NCBI RefSeq assembly: GCF_012562765.1
Contig: NZ_CP046226.1
Location: 330,001 to 362,000, forward strand
Length of the DNA stretch: 32,000 nucleotides
Source of the DNA: Candidatus Saccharimonadota bacterium
GTDB lineage: Bacteria; Pseudomonadota; Gammaproteobacteria; Enterobacterales; Enterobacteriaceae
Direction: 5' to 3'
Shown here: piece after piece, positions 29,327 to 32,000 of the stretch
Position numbering within the stretch: position 1 is the first letter of the stretch
How the letters are laid out: the number at the start of each line of letters is the position of its first letter
The notes under the pieces: generated by a model
The model's input: only the letters and a program-made list of their open reading frames with translations
Databases searched by the model: none
What the model was told of the DNA's origin: nothing
Program-made: the position numbers and the translations under genes

Positions 29327-32000
29327 TTATTCTTTATTTTCTAATTCAATATTTATTCCTAACGAACGTATTTCTTTAAGCAAAACATTAAATGATTCTG
29401 GCATTCCTGGTTCCATTTGGTGATTTCCATCAACAATATTTTTATACATTTTTGTTCTACCATTTACATCATCAGATTTAATTGTTAACATTTCTTGTAA
29501 AGTATATGCTGCTCCATATGCTTCTAAAGCCCATACTTCCATTTCTCCAAATCTTTGTCCTCCAAATTGAGCTTTACCTCCTAAAGGTTGTTGTGTAACT
29601 AAACTATATGATCCTGTAGATCTTGCATGCATTTTATCGTCTACTAAATGATTTAATTTTAACATATACATATAACCTACAGTTACAGGTCTTTCAAATT
29701 TTTCACCTATCAGACCATCATATAATGTAATTTGTCCTGAAGTTGGTAAATCAGAAAGTGTTAATAATTTTTTTATTTCACTTTCTTTAGCTCCATCAAA
29801 TACTGGCGTTGCTATTGGCATTCCTTGTCTTAAATTATTTGCTAAAGATAATATTTCTTTGTCTGAAAAATTATTAAAATTTATATTTTGTCTAATATTA
29901 TTACCTACATTATAAGCTTTTTGAATAAAACAACGTATTTCTTCAATATTTTTTTGTTGTTGTAATAATAAATTTATTTTATCACCAATTCCTTTTGCAG
30001 CCATACCTAAATGTGTTTCTAAAATTTGTCCTATATTCATTCTAGATGGTACACCTAATGGATTTAATACAATATCAACAGGATAACCATTATTATCATA
30101 TGGCATATCTTCTACAGGACAAATTTTTGATATTACTCCTTTATTACCATGTCTTCCTGCCATTTTATCTCCTGGTTGTACTTGTCTTTTAACAGCTAAA
30201 TTAACTTTAACTATTTTTAGTATACCAGGAGCTAAATCATCTCCTTGAGTTATTTTCTTTTTTTGTATATTAAGCATTTTATTAAATTTTATTTTTAATT
30301 CATCATATTGTTTTACAAGATTATTTAATCTTTTTCCTTTCTCTTTATTTTGAGAAGAAAATAATTTAATCCAATAATTAAAAGAATATTTTAATATATC
30401 TTCATTACAAATACCATTTTCTATTAAAAATAAATTTATACGTGTAGAAATATTTACTTCAAATATTTTTTGTTCAGCAAGTAAATCTTTTTTAATTTGT
30501 TTTAATTCCATTTCTTCAATTTCTAAAGTTCTTTTATCTTTTTTTACTCCATCTCTTGTAAAAATTTTTACATCAATAACAGTTCCTGAAACTCCATTAG
30601 GAACACGTAATGATGTATCTTTTACATCAGAAGCTTTTTCTCCAAAAATAGCACGTAATAATTTTTCTTCTGGTGATAATTGAGTTTCTCCTTTAGGAGT
30701 TACTTTACCAACTAAAATATCACCACTAGTTACTTCAGCACCAATATATACAATTCCCGATTCATCTAATTTAGATAAAGAGGATTCACTAACATTAGGA
30801 ATATCTGAAGTAATTTCTTCAGACCCTAATTTAGTATCACGAGATATACATGATAATTCTTGTATATGTATTGTTGTAAATCTATCTTCTTGTACAATTT
30901 TTTCTGAAAGTAATATAGAATCTTCAAAATTATAACCATTCCATGGCATAAATGCTACTCTCATATTTTGACCTAATGCTAATTCACCTAAATCAGTTGA
31001 TGGTCCATCTGCTAATACATCTCCTTTTTCTACTAATTCATTTAATTTAATACATGGTATTTGATTAATACATGTATTTTGATTAGATCTTGTATATTTA
31101 GTTAAATGATAAATATCAATTCCTTTTTTTTGTATATTTCTTTTATTATCATTAATTTTTACAATAATACGAGATGCATCTACATATTGTACAATTCCTG
31201 AATTTTTTGCAATAATAGTTACTCCTGAATCTACAGCTACTATTCTTTCCATTCCAGTACCAATCAAAGGTTTTTCTGATCTTAAAGTAGGTACAGCTTG
31301 TCTTTGCATATTAGCACCCATTAATGCTCTATTTGCATCATCATGTTCTAAAAAAGGAATTAAAGATGCTCCTACAGAAACTATTTGTTGATTTGAAACA
31401 TCCATATAATTAATTTGTTCCTTTTTAAATAAACTAGATTCACCTTTATTTCTACATGTAACTAAATCATTTAAAATTAATCCATTTAATGGATTAATTT
31501 TTGTATTAGCTTGAGCAATAATAAAATTTCCTTCTTCTATAGAAGATAAATAATGAATAATATTAGTAACATAAGCATTATTAACACAACGATAAGGTGT
31601 TTCTAAAAAACCATATTCATTAGTTCTAGCATAAACTGATAATGAATTAATTAAACCTATATTAGGACCTTCTGGAGTTTCAATAGGACAGACTCTACCA
31701 TAATGAGTAGGATGAACATCTCTAACTTCAAAACCTGCTCTTTCTCTTGTTAAACCTCCAGGTCCTAAAGCTGAAATACGTCTTTTATGTGTAATTTCTG
31801 ATAGTGGATTATTTTGATCCATAAATTGAGATAATTGACTTGAACAAAAAAATTCTTTTATAGCAGCAGAAATAGGTTTAGCATTAATCATATCTTGAGG
31901 CATTACATTATTATTCTCATTTAATGATAATCGTTCTTTAACAGAACGTTCAACACGAATTAATCCTATACGAAATTGATTTTCTACCATTTCTCCAACA
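29327..32000 (-). CDS. rpoB: DNA-directed RNA polymerase beta subunit, C-terminal ~890 codons; 5' part lies beyond the right edge
   Basis: The track ORF begins at an internal Met (..[17 protein letters not shown].., E. coli ..GEMAENQFRVGLVRVER..). The frame is open to the window edge. It ends ..[12 protein letters not shown], as E. coli ends ..[11 protein letters not shown]. Confidence 0.98.
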   Translation of the reverse strand, partial: VGEMVENQFRIGLIRVERSVKERLSLNENNNVMPQDMINAKPISAAIKEFFCSSQLSQFMDQNNPLSEITHKRRISALGPGGLTRERAGFEVRDVHPTHYGRVCPIETPEGPNIGLINSLSVYARTNEYGFLETPYRCVNNAYVTNIIHYLSSIEEGNFIIAQANTKINPLNGLILNDLVTCRNKGESSLFKKEQINYMDVSNQQIVSVGASLIPFLEHDDANRALMGANMQRQAVPTLRSEKPLIGTGMERIVAVDSGVTIIAKNSGIVQYVDASRIIVKINDNKRNIQKKGIDIYHLTKYTRSNQNTCINQIPCIKLNELVEKGDVLADGPSTDLGELALGQNMRVAFMPWNGYNFEDSILLSEKIVQEDRFTTIHIQELSCISRDTKLGSEEITSDIPNVSESSLSKLDESGIVYIGAEVTSGDILVGKVTPKGETQLSPEEKLLRAIFGEKASDVKDTSLRVPNGVSGTVIDVKIFTRDGVKKDKRTLEIEEMELKQIKKDLLAEQKIFEVNISTRINLFLIENGICNEDILKYSFNYWIKLFSSQNKEKGKRLNNLVKQYDELKIKFNKMLNIQKKKITQGDDLAPGILKIVKVNLAVKRQVQPGDKMAGRHGNKGVISKICPVEDMPYDNNGYPVDIVLNPLGVPSRMNIGQILETHLGMAAKGIGDKINLLLQQQKNIEEIRCFIQKAYNVGNNIRQNINFNNFSDKEILSLANNLRQGMPIATPVFDGAKESEIKKLLTLSDLPTSGQITLYDGLIGEKFERPVTVGYMYMLKLNHLVDDKMHARSTGSYSLVTQQPLGGKAQFGGQRFGEMEVWALEAYGAAYTLQEMLTIKSDDVNGRTKMYKNIVDGNHQMEPGMPESFNVLLKEIRSLGINIELENKE

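Overview
This window is ordinary core genome from an extremely A+T-rich, highly reduced gammaproteobacterial genome of the insect-endosymbiont type. By eye it is about four-fifths A+T, and spacers are almost pure A/T; neither was computed. It looks Enterobacterales-derived and resembles Buchnera, Blochmannia or Wigglesworthia, but I cannot name the taxon from sequence alone. I found no CRISPR array, mobile element, defence or toxin system, or other accessory island, and no evidence for an undescribed multi-gene system. All large ORFs are conserved housekeeping genes, and 21 of 23 protein genes and all 5 tRNAs lie on the minus strand. In window order the content is: mrdA (N-terminus, runs off the left edge, missing from the ORF track), holA, leuS, ybeY, miaB, tRNA-Gln/Leu(UAG)/Met, glnS(+), fldA, ybfF, pgi(+), deaD, pnp, rpsO, truB, rbfA, infB, nusA, a probable rimP relic, tRNA-fMet, tRNA-Leu(GAG), secG, ftsH, rlmE, rpoC and rpoB (partial, runs off the right edge). 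Two long stretches are colinear with the E. coli K-12 map as I recall it, but with gene-sized deletions that have collapsed into A/T-only spacers. The points most worth a second look are: (1) truB is full length but has no ATG/GTG/TTG start, so the track shows only its C-terminal 187 aa. (2) The LeuRS CP1 editing-site residues T247/T248/T252 are replaced (I/E/F) while the synthetic-site motifs are intact. (3) The 317-bp nusA-metY spacer keeps a Shine-Dalgarno+ATG and a C-terminal QANLVP remnant, consistent with an eroded rimP, and contains a perfect 27-bp direct repeat. (4) Encoded 3' CCA is present on only some of the tRNA genes. (5) Coding sequences carry long slippage-prone poly(A) tracts and in-frame microsatellites. 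All homology statements come from by-eye comparison with E. coli protein and tRNA sequences recalled from memory. No database search was run.
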